Of a DNA stretch of 64,000 nucleotides, positions 41,079-50,223 are shown piece after piece. Position 1 is the first letter of the stretch. Each line of letters begins with the position of its first letter. The notes under the pieces were generated by a model. The model was not told where the DNA came from. It was given only the letters and a program-made list of their open reading frames with translations, and ran no database searches. Position numbers and translations under genes: made by a program. Source of the stretch: Gaiellaceae bacterium (GTDB lineage Bacteria; Actinomycetota; Thermoleophilia; Gaiellales; Gaiellaceae); contig DASSNM010000078.1 of NCBI GenBank assembly GCA_035688025.1, positions 915-64,914 on the forward strand. The letters are read 5' to 3'.

Positions 41079-42053
41079 ATGGGCGCAGGCGGGACCGTCT
41101 TCGTGGTCGGCGCGGCGCGCAGCGGCACGACGTTCGTCCAGACCCTGCTCGGCGCCCACCCGGGCGTCGTGACGGCGCAGGAGAACGACCTCTTCGACCA
41201 GTTCGTCGCCCCGTGGCGGGCGGCCTGGGAGTACCAGCTCCCGGCGGACGCCGAGACGTGGCGGCGGCGGCGGCACAAGGGCCTGCCCGCGGTGCTGCGC
41301 GAGGAGGAGTTCGACGCGCTCCTCGCGGGCGCGATCGAGCGCGTGCACGCGGCGACGCGCGCGCTCAAGCCGGAGGCGTCGGTGCTCGTCGACAAGACGC
41401 CCGGCAACGTCCTCCACGCCGAGCTGATCCTCCGCTTCCTCCCCGACGCGCGCTTCGTCCACGTCGTCCGAGACGGACGCGACGTCGTCTGCTCGCTGCG
41501 CCGCGCCGGCCGCGGCTGGGGCGCAGAATGGGCGTCGCAGGCGCTCGTCGACAACGCGCGCGCCTGGCGCGCCAGGGTCGAGGCGGGGCACGGGATCGCC
41601 TCGCTCGCCGACGCGTACCGCGAGGTGCGCTTCGAGCGGCTCGCGGCCGGGGAGGGCGCCGCCGAGGAGCTGGGACGGCTGTTCGCCTTCTGCGGCGTCG
41701 AGGCGACCGCGGCGGAGTGCGCCCGGATCCTGGCCGAGCACGAGCTCGGCGCCGAGGCCCGGTCGAGCCTCGTCTGGGGCGGCGAGGTGGTCGCCCGGCT
41801 CGGCGGCCCGCCGGAGGAGCCCGAGGGGTTCGCGGGCGAGGGCGGCGTCGGCGCGTGGCGGCGCGAGCTCGGCGCCCGCGAGCGGCTCGTCGTCGAGCGC
41901 TATGCGGGCGACCTGCTGCGCGAGCTCGGCTACGCGGGCGACGACTGGCCGGGGGTCGCGCCGCTCGCGCGCGGCGTCGCGCTCGGGCGGCTCGCGCTCG
42001 AGCGGGCCCGGCTCCGCACCGGGCGGGCGCTGCGGGGAGCGCTGCAGCAGTGA
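41079..42053 (+). CDS. sulfotransferase (Sulfotransfer_3-like)
   Basis: Track ORF of 324 aa. It has the 5'-PSB loop VVGAARSGTTFV and the 3'-PB motif HVVRDGRDVVCSL. It starts 1 nt after the wzt stop. Confidence 0.85.
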   Translation: MGAGGTVFVVGAARSGTTFVQTLLGAHPGVVTAQENDLFDQFVAPWRAAWEYQLPADAETWRRRRHKGLPAVLREEEFDALLAGAIERVHAATRALKPEASVLVDKTPGNVLHAELILRFLPDARFVHVVRDGRDVVCSLRRAGRGWGAEWASQALVDNARAWRARVEAGHGIASLADAYREVRFERLAAGEGAAEELGRLFAFCGVEATAAECARILAEHELGAEARSSLVWGGEVVARLGGPPEEPEGFAGEGGVGAWRRELGARERLVVERYAGDLLRELGYAGDDWPGVAPLARGVALGRLALERARLRTGRALRGALQQ

Positions 42054-43006
42054 GCCCGCGCGCGACGATCGTCGTCCCGACCCGCGACAACGCGGCGGTC
42101 GTGGAGGAGACGGTGCGCAGCGTGCTCGCGGACGGCTCCGCGCTCGAGCGCGAACTCGTCGTCGTCGACAACGGCTCCCGCGACGACACCGGCGAGCGGG
42201 TCGAGCGGCTCGCCGCCGGCGCGCCGTTCCCGGTCCGGCTCGTCCGCGAGCCCGAGCCCGGCAGCTCCCCCGCCCGCAACGCGGGCGTCGCGGCCGCGCA
42301 GGGCGAGCTGATCCTCTTCGTGGACGACGACGTGCTCGTCGCCGACGGCTGGGCGGACGCGCTCGCCGCGCCGTTCTCCGACCCTGCGGTCGGTCTCGTC
42401 GGCGGGCGGATCCTGCCGCTGTGGCCGGCCGAGCCGGAGCCGTGGCTGAACGGGCCGCACAGCACGCGCCTCACGCTCCACGACTTCGGGCCGGACGACC
42501 GCGCGCTCGCGCCGGACGAGCTGCCGGTGACGGCGAACCTCGGCGTGCGCGCGTCGCTCCTCGCCGGGCTCGAGCACCCGTTCCCGCTCGCGCTCGGCAA
42601 CCACGGCCCGCGCAGCTTCGGCCAGGAGGACTACCACCTCGTCCGGCTCGTCCGCGCCACGCACGAGGTGCGCTACGCGGCGGGCGCGGTCGTGCACCAC
42701 CGCATCTCCCGCGAGCGGATGACCCTCCACTGGATGCGCGGCACCTTCTTCGACATGGGCGTGGGGCTCGCCCGCTCCGAGCGCGAGGAGCGCGCCCCGC
42801 GGCCGAGCCTGCCGCGCCGCGCGGTGCGGGCCGTCCGCGTCTGCGCGGGCGTCCGGCGCCGCCGCCGCGCGAACGACCGCCGCGAGCGGCTCGGCCCGGA
42901 GACCTGGGAGGAGCTGTCCGGCTGCATGTGGGCCGGGAAGCACGTCGAGATGCTCCTCGGCCGCTACCCGCGGCTCCGCGACCTCGTGCGAGGCGCGTTT
43001 GTCTGA
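42050..43006 (+). CDS. family 2 glycosyltransferase, tandem paralog 1 of 3
   Basis: GTG at 42050 (GTGA overlap), 318 aa. It has IVVPTRDN, VVVDNGSRDDT, ARNAG and the DxD region LFVDDDV. The conserved C-terminal region is HHRISRERMTLHWMRGTFFDMG...LPRRAVRAVR...NDRRERLGPE. Confidence 0.88.
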   Translation: MSPRATIVVPTRDNAAVVEETVRSVLADGSALERELVVVDNGSRDDTGERVERLAAGAPFPVRLVREPEPGSSPARNAGVAAAQGELILFVDDDVLVADGWADALAAPFSDPAVGLVGGRILPLWPAEPEPWLNGPHSTRLTLHDFGPDDRALAPDELPVTANLGVRASLLAGLEHPFPLALGNHGPRSFGQEDYHLVRLVRATHEVRYAAGAVVHHRISRERMTLHWMRGTFFDMGVGLARSEREERAPRPSLPRRAVRAVRVCAGVRRRRRANDRRERLGPETWEELSGCMWAGKHVEMLLGRYPRLRDLVRGAFV

Positions 43007-43964
43007 GTCGCCCCGCGTCTCGGTGATCGTCCCGACCCTCGACAATGCGCGGGTGCTCGGCGACTGCCTGCGCAGCATCGCCGGCGACGGCTCGTCGCTC
43101 GCACGCGAGGTCGTCGTCGTCGACAACGGCTCGCGCGACGAGACGGCGGCCGTGGTCGCCGCCGTCGCCGCGGAGGCGAACTGCCCGGTGCGGCTCGTCC
43201 CGGAGCCCCGGCGCGGCAGCTCGCACGCCCGGAACGCCGGCATCGCCGCGGCGCGCGGCGAGATCCTCGTCTTCGCCGACGACGACGTCGTGGTCGAGCC
43301 CGGGTGGACGGACGCGCTCGCCGCGCCGTTCGCCGACCCCGAGGTCGTGCTCGTCGGCGGCCGCACCGTCCCGGACTGGCCGCAGGAGCCGCCCGCCTGG
43401 CTGGCGAACGGACCGCACATCGCCATCCTCACGCTCGCCGACTTCGGCGCGGCCGACCGGGAGCTGCACGACGACGAGCTGCCGGTGACCGCGAACTGCG
43501 CCGCGCGCGCCGACCGCGTCCGCGCGCTCGGGACGCCGTTCTCCCCCGACCTCGGCCACCAGGGCTCGCGCAACTTCGGCCACGAGGACCTCGACTTCGT
43601 CGAGCGCGTCCGGCGCGGCGGTCGCGTCGTCTACGCCGCCGGCGCGGTCGCGCACCACCGGATCGACCCGCGGCGGATGACCCTCGGCTGGTTCCGCGGC
43701 CGCTTCTTCGACCTCGGCGTCGCCGAGCTGCGGATGGCGCTCCGCGACGGCGAGACCGCGCCCGCGCTGCCGCGCCGCGCCGTCCGCGCCTGGCGCGTCG
43801 CCCGCGGCGTGCGCCGGCTGCGCCGCGACAACGACCGCAGCGAGCGCTCCGGGCCCGAGACGGTGGAGGAGCTGAAGGCCTTCATCTGGGCGGGCCGCCA
43901 TGCCGAGCTGCTCTTCCCGCGCGCCCCGCGCTGCCGCGACCTGATCCGCCGTGTCCTCGTCTGA
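42999..43964 (+). CDS. family 2 glycosyltransferase, tandem paralog 2 of 3
   Basis: Track ORF of 321 aa with a TTG start overlapping the previous stop. It is collinear with paralog 1. By my manual count, 75 of the first 119 aligned residues are identical. Confidence 0.88.
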   Translation: MSESPRVSVIVPTLDNARVLGDCLRSIAGDGSSLAREVVVVDNGSRDETAAVVAAVAAEANCPVRLVPEPRRGSSHARNAGIAAARGEILVFADDDVVVEPGWTDALAAPFADPEVVLVGGRTVPDWPQEPPAWLANGPHIAILTLADFGAADRELHDDELPVTANCAARADRVRALGTPFSPDLGHQGSRNFGHEDLDFVERVRRGGRVVYAAGAVAHHRIDPRRMTLGWFRGRFFDLGVAELRMALRDGETAPALPRRAVRAWRVARGVRRLRRDNDRSERSGPETVEELKAFIWAGRHAELLFPRAPRCRDLIRRVLV

Positions 43965-44922
43965 GACCCCCAGCCCGCGCGTCAGCGTGATCGTCGTCAC
44001 GCGCGACAACGCCGACCTGCTCCGCGACGCGCTCGCGAGCATCCTCGCCGACCCCTCGGCCGTTCCGCGGGAGCTCGTCGTCGTCGACAACGGCTCGCGC
44101 GACGCGACCGCCGAGGTCGTCGCCGAGGCCGCCGGCGACGCGCCCTTCGCGGTGCGGCTGCTCGCCGAGCCCGAGCCGGGGCTCTCGCGCGGTCGCAACC
44201 GCGGCGTCGCGGCCGCGCGCGGCGAGCTCCTCCTCTTCACCGACGACGACGTCGTCGTCGAGGACGGCTGGGCCGACCGGCTCGCGGCCGCCTTCGACGA
44301 CCCGCGGGTCGGCTTCGCCGGCGGCCGCACGCTTCCCCTCTGGCCGGAGCCGCCGCCGCGCTGGATGGAGGGCCCGCACTGGGTGCACCTCGCGCTCTAC
44401 GACCACGGCGACGAGTCGCGGCCGCTCGCGCCCGGCGAGCACGTCGCCGGCGCGAACATGGCGATCCGCGCCTCCCTGCTCGGGCCGGCCCCGTTCCCGG
44501 TCGACCTCGGCAACGCCGGCGACCGCCGCTTCGGCTACGAGGAGACGCACGTGCTCGACGCGATCCGGCGCGAGCACGCGGCCGCGTACGTCGCCGACGC
44601 GGTCGTCCACCACCGGATCCGCCGCGAGCGGATGCAGCCGAGCTGGTTTCGCGCCACGTACTTCGACCAGGGGATCGCGCTCGTCCGGATCGAGGAGCGC
44701 GAACGCGGGGTCGCCCGGCCCGCGCTGCCCCGCCGCGTGCTCCGCGCCGTGCGCACGTGCGGCCAGGCGCTGCGGCTGCGGTTCCGCAACGACCGCCGCG
44801 GCCGCGGGCCGGACGAGATGTGGGACGAGCTCGAGCGCTACAAGTGGGCGGGGCGGCACGTCGACCTGCTCCTGCGCAACCATCCCGGCCTCTCGAGGAG
44901 GGTGCGTGACCTCGTCGCCTGA
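43951..44922 (+). CDS. family 2 glycosyltransferase, tandem paralog 3 of 3
   Basis: Track ORF of 323 aa with a GTG start. It has the same motif order as the other two paralogs: VIVVTRDN, VVVDNGSRDAT, LFTDDDV, HHRIRRERMQPSWFRATYFDQG and NDRRGRGPDE. Confidence 0.88.
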   Translation: MSSSETPSPRVSVIVVTRDNADLLRDALASILADPSAVPRELVVVDNGSRDATAEVVAEAAGDAPFAVRLLAEPEPGLSRGRNRGVAAARGELLLFTDDDVVVEDGWADRLAAAFDDPRVGFAGGRTLPLWPEPPPRWMEGPHWVHLALYDHGDESRPLAPGEHVAGANMAIRASLLGPAPFPVDLGNAGDRRFGYEETHVLDAIRREHAAAYVADAVVHHRIRRERMQPSWFRATYFDQGIALVRIEERERGVARPALPRRVLRAVRTCGQALRLRFRNDRRGRGPDEMWDELERYKWAGRHVDLLLRNHPGLSRRVRDLVA

Positions 44923-45880
44923 GCCGCGGATCTCGGTCGTCTCGCCGGTGCGGAACGTCGCCCGGTACCTGCCCGACCTGCTGGCCGCGCTCGCGGCGCA
45001 GACGCTGCCGGCGGACGCGTTCGAGACGATCGTCGTCGACGACCGCTCGGCCGACGCGACGCCCGAGCTGCTGCGCGCGTGGGAGGCGGCGGAGCCGCTG
45101 CGGCGGCGCGTCCTCCGCGGCGAGGGCCTCGGCCCGGCGACCGCGCGCAACCTCGGCGTCGCCGCCGCCCGCGCGCCGTGGGTCGCGTTCACCGACGGGG
45201 ACACGATCCCCGACCCGCGCTGGCTCGAGGCGCTGCTCGCCGCCGGCGCCGACGCCGACGCGGTCGAGGGCGCGGTGCTCCGCTGGCCCCCGGACGCGCC
45301 GCGCACGCGCGTGCACACGGTCGAGAACACGCGCGGCGGCCTCTACGTGACCGCGAACATGGCGTATCGGCGCGCCCTGCTGGAGCGGCTCGGCGGCTTC
45401 GACGAGCGCTTCCGCGCCGCCTTCCTCGAGGACTCCGACCTCGCCTTCCGCGCCCTCGACGCGGGCGCCCGGATCCCGTTCGCCGCCGACGCCGTCGTCC
45501 GGCACCGCGTGCTCGAGCGGACGTCCCGGCAGACGATCCGCGACGCGCGCAAGCTGCAGTGGCTGCCGCTGCTGCAGGCCAAGCACCCGCGCCGCTACGC
45601 CGAGGAGATCCGCCCGATCCTGCGTCCGCTCACCCGTCCCGAGTGGCACGTGCTCGTCGGGCTCGCCGCCCTGCCGGTGCTCGGCGTCCGCGGCGCGCCG
45701 CGTGCGGTCGCCGCGCTCGCGGCGCTGAACGCCGTCCGCGTCGTCGCGCGCGACCCGCGGCTCGACGTCGCGCCGCGCGAGCGTCCCGGCCAGGCCGCGC
45801 TCGCAGCGGTGCTCCCGCTCGTCAAGGCCGCCTGGTGGACGCGCGGCTGGGCCCGCGCCCGGCTGGAGGAGCGGCGATGA
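44906..45880 (+). CDS. family 2 glycosyltransferase (distinct from the triplet)
   Basis: Track ORF of 324 aa, with a GTG preceded by GGAGG. It has ISVVSPVRNV, VVDDRSAD, ARNLG and FTDGD, plus a hydrophobic C-terminal segment. Confidence 0.85.
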   Translation: MTSSPEPRISVVSPVRNVARYLPDLLAALAAQTLPADAFETIVVDDRSADATPELLRAWEAAEPLRRRVLRGEGLGPATARNLGVAAARAPWVAFTDGDTIPDPRWLEALLAAGADADAVEGAVLRWPPDAPRTRVHTVENTRGGLYVTANMAYRRALLERLGGFDERFRAAFLEDSDLAFRALDAGARIPFAADAVVRHRVLERTSRQTIRDARKLQWLPLLQAKHPRRYAEEIRPILRPLTRPEWHVLVGLAALPVLGVRGAPRAVAALAALNAVRVVARDPRLDVAPRERPGQAALAAVLPLVKAAWWTRGWARARLEERR

Positions 45881-47076
45881 GAGTCGTCTTCGTCGCGCCG
45901 CGCGTCTGGCCGGCGGTCGGCGGCATGGAGAACTTCCTCCGCCACCTCTCGCACGGGCTCGTCGCCCGCGGCCACGAGGTGCGGATCCTCGCGCAGGGCA
46001 CCGACTCGGGCCCGCGCAGCCAGCTCGCGGACAGCCTGCGGCCGCCGCCCGGCTTCGCGGCGTTCGAGGACGGCGGCGTCCGCGTCGAGCCGATCCGGCT
46101 CTCGCCCGCCCGCCGCGCCGCGCTCGCCCCGCTCGTCTCCCAGGTCGTGCCCGGCCTGCGCCGGTACGCGTACGGCCGGCCCCGCCTCGTCGCGAACCGG
46201 CTCTACGCGCGCGTCGCCGGGCCCGCGCTCGCGGCGCAGGCGCACGGCGCGGACGTCGTCCACGTCTGGGGCGCCGACCTGCTCGCCGCCGCGGGACTCG
46301 CGGCGGCTCGCGAGCTCGGCGTGCCGCTGACGATGACGCCGTTCGCGCACGAGGGCCAGTGGGGCGACGGCGAGTCGTTCGCCGCGACGTACCGCCGCGC
46401 CGACCGCGTCATCGGACTGCTCGAGTCCGACGCCGACCTCTACGAGCGGCTCGGCGTCGCGCCCGGGCGGATCGCCGTCTGCGGCGTCTGCTCGCCCGGC
46501 GCGGAGCCGGGCGGCGGAGCGGCGCTGCGCGCGCGGCACGGGATCGCGGGGCCGCTCGTCGTCTTCCTCGGGGTCCGCCGCGCCTACAAGGGCTACGACC
46601 TGCTCCTCGACGCCGCGGCGCGGCTGCCCGAGGCGACCTTCGCCTTCCTCGGCCCGGGCGACCCGGTGGCTGCGCCGGCCGGCGCGAGCGTCGTCGACGC
46701 GGGCGAGGTGGACGAGGCGGAGCGGGCCGCCTGGCTCGACGCGGCCGACCTCCTCTGCCTGCCGTCGGCGAACGAGATCTTCCCCGTCTCGATCCTGGAG
46801 GCGTGGAGCGTCGGCACCGCGGTCGTGACGAGCGACATCCCGCCGCTCCGCGAGCTGGTCGAGCGCTCGGGCGGCGGCATCGCCGTCCCCCGCGACGCCG
46901 AGGCGCTGACGACCACCTTCCGCGCGCTCTTCGCCGAGCCGTCGGTGCCTGCGCGCCTCGGCGAGACGGGCCGCGAGTTCTGGCGGCGGAGCTTCACGCC
47001 GGACGCGGTCGCGGCCCGCCACGAGGAGCTGTACGCGGCCGCGGCCGGAGCGAGGGAGCCCGCGTGCGCAGCCTGA
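45877..47076 (+). CDS. GT4-family (GT-B) glycosyltransferase
   Basis: ATG at 45877 (ATGA overlap), 399 aa. It has an MRVVFVAP...GGMENF N-terminus and the E-x7-E motif EIFPVSILEA. Confidence 0.85.
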   Translation: MRVVFVAPRVWPAVGGMENFLRHLSHGLVARGHEVRILAQGTDSGPRSQLADSLRPPPGFAAFEDGGVRVEPIRLSPARRAALAPLVSQVVPGLRRYAYGRPRLVANRLYARVAGPALAAQAHGADVVHVWGADLLAAAGLAAARELGVPLTMTPFAHEGQWGDGESFAATYRRADRVIGLLESDADLYERLGVAPGRIAVCGVCSPGAEPGGGAALRARHGIAGPLVVFLGVRRAYKGYDLLLDAAARLPEATFAFLGPGDPVAAPAGASVVDAGEVDEAERAAWLDAADLLCLPSANEIFPVSILEAWSVGTAVVTSDIPPLRELVERSGGGIAVPRDAEALTTTFRALFAEPSVPARLGETGREFWRRSFTPDAVAARHEELYAAAAGAREPACAA

Positions 47077-47990
47077 CCCGCGCCCTCGTCGTCGGCGGCG
47101 CCGGCTTCTACGGCGGCTGGCTCGTCGAGGCGCTCCGCGAGGCCGGGATCGAGCCGGTCGTGCTCGACACCGCCGAGCGCGCCGACCGCGGCGGGGGACC
47201 GGAGGCGGAGACGATCCGCGGCGACGCGACCGAGCTCGACCTCGACGCGATCCTCGCCGAGCGCGAGCCGGACGCGGTCTTCCAGCTCGCGGGCACCGGC
47301 CTCGTCCCGAACTCGCTCGAGCGCCCGCTCGACGACCTCGTCCGCAACGCGGCGACGACGGTCGCCGTCCTCGACGCCGCCCGCCGCGCCGCGACGCCGC
47401 CGGTCGTCGCGTACGTCTCGTCCGCCGCCGTCTACGGCGAGGGCGTGCGGATGCCGATGGACGAGCTCCACCCGTGCGCGCCGCTCTCGCCGTACGGCAT
47501 CTCGAAGCTCGCCGCCGAGCGGTACGTCGCGCTCTACGCCGAGCTGTACGGCCTGCCCGCCTTCTCGGTCCGCCCCTTCTCCCTCTACGGGCCGCGCCAG
47601 CGGAAGCTCGTCGTCTACGACCTGCTCCGGCGCGCGCACGGCGGCGAGTCGCCGCTCGTCGTCGCCGCCCCGCCGGACGTCAGCCGCGACTTCGTCTTCG
47701 TCGAGGACGCCGCCCGCGCGCTCGTCACGCTCGCGGCGGCCGCGCCGGCGCGCGGCGAGGCGTACAACATCGCGTCCGGCCGGCCGGTGACGCTGCGGGA
47801 GCTCGCCGAGCAGGTCGTCGCGGCGCTCGGACTCGGGACCGCGGTCGAGTTCACCGGCAGCGTCCGCCCCGGCGACCCGCTGCGCTGGGACGGCGACGCG
47901 TCGCTCGCGCGGCGGCTCGGCTGCACGTTCGACACGCCGCTCGCGGACGGGATGGCTCGGACCGCGGCCTGGCTGCGGGAGTCGGCGTGA
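47064..47990 (+). CDS. NAD-dependent nucleotide-sugar epimerase/dehydratase (extended SDR)
   Basis: GTG at 47064 in the frame of track ORF 46359..47990, giving 308 aa. It has the Rossmann motif VVGGAGFYGG and the catalytic motif YGISK. Confidence 0.88.
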   Translation: MRSLTRALVVGGAGFYGGWLVEALREAGIEPVVLDTAERADRGGGPEAETIRGDATELDLDAILAEREPDAVFQLAGTGLVPNSLERPLDDLVRNAATTVAVLDAARRAATPPVVAYVSSAAVYGEGVRMPMDELHPCAPLSPYGISKLAAERYVALYAELYGLPAFSVRPFSLYGPRQRKLVVYDLLRRAHGGESPLVVAAPPDVSRDFVFVEDAARALVTLAAAAPARGEAYNIASGRPVTLRELAEQVVAALGLGTAVEFTGSVRPGDPLRWDGDASLARRLGCTFDTPLADGMARTAAWLRESA

Positions 47991-49084
47991 GGATCTTCGT
48001 CCCGAGCGCGGCCGCGCTCCTGACCGACCGCGCGGGGCACGGCGAGGGGCTGATCGCATGGAACGTGCTCTCCGGCCTCGCGGCGCGCGGCCACGAGCTG
48101 ACGGTCTGCGCGCGCGAGGTCGCGCTCGACGCGGAGCCGCCGTTCCGGCTCGTCCGGATCGGCCGGCGCTCGCGCTTCGAGAGCATCGAGCCGCTCGCGT
48201 ACGCGCACGCGGTCGCCGCCGAGCTGGAGCGCACGCGGGCGGCCGGCGGCGTCGACGTCGTCCACTGGCTCTACCCGGCCGAGCCGGAGCAGACGGTCTT
48301 CGCGCCGCCCACCGGGATCCCGTTCGTGCTGGGACCGGTGTTCCGCCCCTGGACGAACGGCCGCGGCCGGCCGTTCCGCGCGGGCGACGCCGTGCGGCTC
48401 GCGCTCGCGCCGGTCGAGCGCGTGCGGCGCCGGACCGCGCTCGGCGCGGCGACGCTCCTGCTCGCGACGCCGGACGCGGCGCCGGCGGGGACGGTCGTGC
48501 CGCCGGGAGTCGACCTCTCGCGCTTCGAGCCGCGCCCGCCCGCGGGCGAGACGGTGCTCTTCCTCGGGCGCCTGACGGAGGCGAAGGGCGTCCGCGAGCT
48601 GGTCGAGGCGTTCACGCGCGTCGCCGCGGAACGGCCCGGCGCGCGGCTCGTCCTCGCGGGCGAGGGCCCCGAGGCGCCCTGGGTCGAGCGGCGCGCCGCC
48701 GAGCTCGGGATCGCCGGGCGCGTCCACCTCGCCGGGGCGGTCGCGCAGGCGGACGTCCCGAGGCTGCTCGCCGAGTCGGCGCTCTTCTGCCTCCCGTCCC
48801 ACGGCGAGCCGTACGGGATGGTGCTGCTCGAGGCGATGGCCGCGGGCCGTGCGGTCGTCGCGACCGACAGCGGCGGCCCGCGCTTCGTCGTCCCGGACGG
48901 CGGCGGCCGGCTCGTGCCGGTCGGCGACCGCTCCGCGCTGGCGGACGCGCTCGGCGCGCTGCTCGCCGACCCGGACGCGCTCGCCGCGATGGGGCGGCGC
49001 AACCGCGAGCACGCCGAGCGCGAGCTCTCGCTCGAGCGGATGCTCGACCGGCTCGAGGAGGTCTACGCCGGGGTGACGCGGTGA
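47987..49084 (+). CDS. GT4-family glycosyltransferase
   Basis: GTG at 47987 (GTGA overlap), 365 aa. It has FLGRLTEAKG and the E-x7-E motif EPYGMVLLEA. Confidence 0.85.
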   Translation: MRIFVPSAAALLTDRAGHGEGLIAWNVLSGLAARGHELTVCAREVALDAEPPFRLVRIGRRSRFESIEPLAYAHAVAAELERTRAAGGVDVVHWLYPAEPEQTVFAPPTGIPFVLGPVFRPWTNGRGRPFRAGDAVRLALAPVERVRRRTALGAATLLLATPDAAPAGTVVPPGVDLSRFEPRPPAGETVLFLGRLTEAKGVRELVEAFTRVAAERPGARLVLAGEGPEAPWVERRAAELGIAGRVHLAGAVAQADVPRLLAESALFCLPSHGEPYGMVLLEAMAAGRAVVATDSGGPRFVVPDGGGRLVPVGDRSALADALGALLADPDALAAMGRRNREHAERELSLERMLDRLEEVYAGVTR

Positions 49085-50223
49085 GGATCGCGCACCTGCT
49101 CGCGGAGCCGAGCCGCCACGGCGGCGCGGAGGCCCACGCGCTCGCGCTCGCGGCGGCGCAGGCCGCGCGCGGCGACGACGTGATCCTGGTCGCGCTCCGT
49201 CCGGGCCCGGACGCGCCCGCCGGCGTCCCGCTCCACGTCTCGACCGACCCCGCCTCGGCGCTCGCCGCCGCGGCCCCGGACGTCGTCCACGTGCACGGCA
49301 CGCCGCTCGGCGGCGGCGAGGAGGAGGCGCTCGGCCGGGCGGTCGTCCGCTCGCTCCACGACTGGTCGTTCGCCTGCGCGTCGGGCGAGAAGCGCTTCCG
49401 GGGCGACGTCCCCTGCGGGCGCGCGCACGGCGCCGGCTGCGTCGAGGGCATCCTCGCGCGCGGCTGCGCGCACCGCCCGAACGTGCTCGTGCCGCTGCGG
49501 CGGCTGCGGGAGATCTCGGCGCAGCTCCCCGCCCTGCGGGCGAGCGGCGCGGTCGTCGTCTACAGCCACGCGGTGCGCGAGGCGGCGCTCGCGAACGGCT
49601 TCCCGCCGGAGCGCGTGCACGTCGTCCCCTACTTCGTCGAGCGTGCGCCGGCGCCCGCGCCGGTCGCGGCCGGCCGCTCGTTCGTCTTCGCCGGCCGGGT
49701 CGTCGGCTCCAAGGGGCTCGACGTCGCGCTCCGCGCGCTCGCGGCTGCGCCCGGCGCCTGGGACGAGCTGCACGTCGCCGGCGACGGCTGGGCGCGGCCG
49801 GACGCGGAGCGGCTCGCGGCGGAGCTCGGAATCGGGGCCCGCGTCCGCTTCCACGGCTGGCTCGACGCGGCCGGCGTCCGGACGCTGGTGCGCGACTCGC
49901 GCGCGCTCCTCCTCCCCTCCCGCTGGCCGGAGCCGTTCGGGATCGCCGGCCTCGAGGCGCTCGCGCTCGGCCGCCCGGTCGTCGCCTCGCACGGCGGCGG
50001 CATCCCGGAGTGGCTGACCGCCGACTGCGGGATCCTCGTGCCGCCGGGGGACCCGGCGTCGCTCGCCGCCGCGGTCGCCCTCCTCGACGCCGAGCCCGGA
50101 CTCGCCGAGCGGCTCGGCCGAGGCGGCTGGGAGCGGGCGGCCCGCTACTCGCCGGCCGCGCACCTCGAGCGGCTCGACGCGGTCTACGCGAGCGTCGCCG
50201 CCGCGCGCGGGAGGGCGGCGTGA
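49081..50223 (+). CDS. GT4-family glycosyltransferase with a four-Cys insertion
   Basis: GTG at 49081 (GTGA overlap), 380 aa. It has FAGRVVGSKG and the E-x7-E motif EPFGIAGLEA. The Cys cluster lies at aa 99, 112, 120 and 129. Confidence 0.85.
   Translation: MRIAHLLAEPSRHGGAEAHALALAAAQAARGDDVILVALRPGPDAPAGVPLHVSTDPASALAAAAPDVVHVHGTPLGGGEEEALGRAVVRSLHDWSFACASGEKRFRGDVPCGRAHGAGCVEGILARGCAHRPNVLVPLRRLREISAQLPALRASGAVVVYSHAVREAALANGFPPERVHVVPYFVERAPAPAPVAAGRSFVFAGRVVGSKGLDVALRALAAAPGAWDELHVAGDGWARPDAERLAAELGIGARVRFHGWLDAAGVRTLVRDSRALLLPSRWPEPFGIAGLEALALGRPVVASHGGGIPEWLTADCGILVPPGDPASLAAAVALLDAEPGLAERLGRGGWERAARYSPAAHLERLDAVYASVAAARGRAA

Noticed and set aside
42050-44922. The GT2 triplet as a recent tandem duplication or an assembly artefact.
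   Set aside because: The copies are clearly diverged. About 37% of positions differ in the N-terminal 119 residues of copies 1 and 2, and the start codons and junction overlaps differ. They are neither collapsed nor expanded identical repeats.
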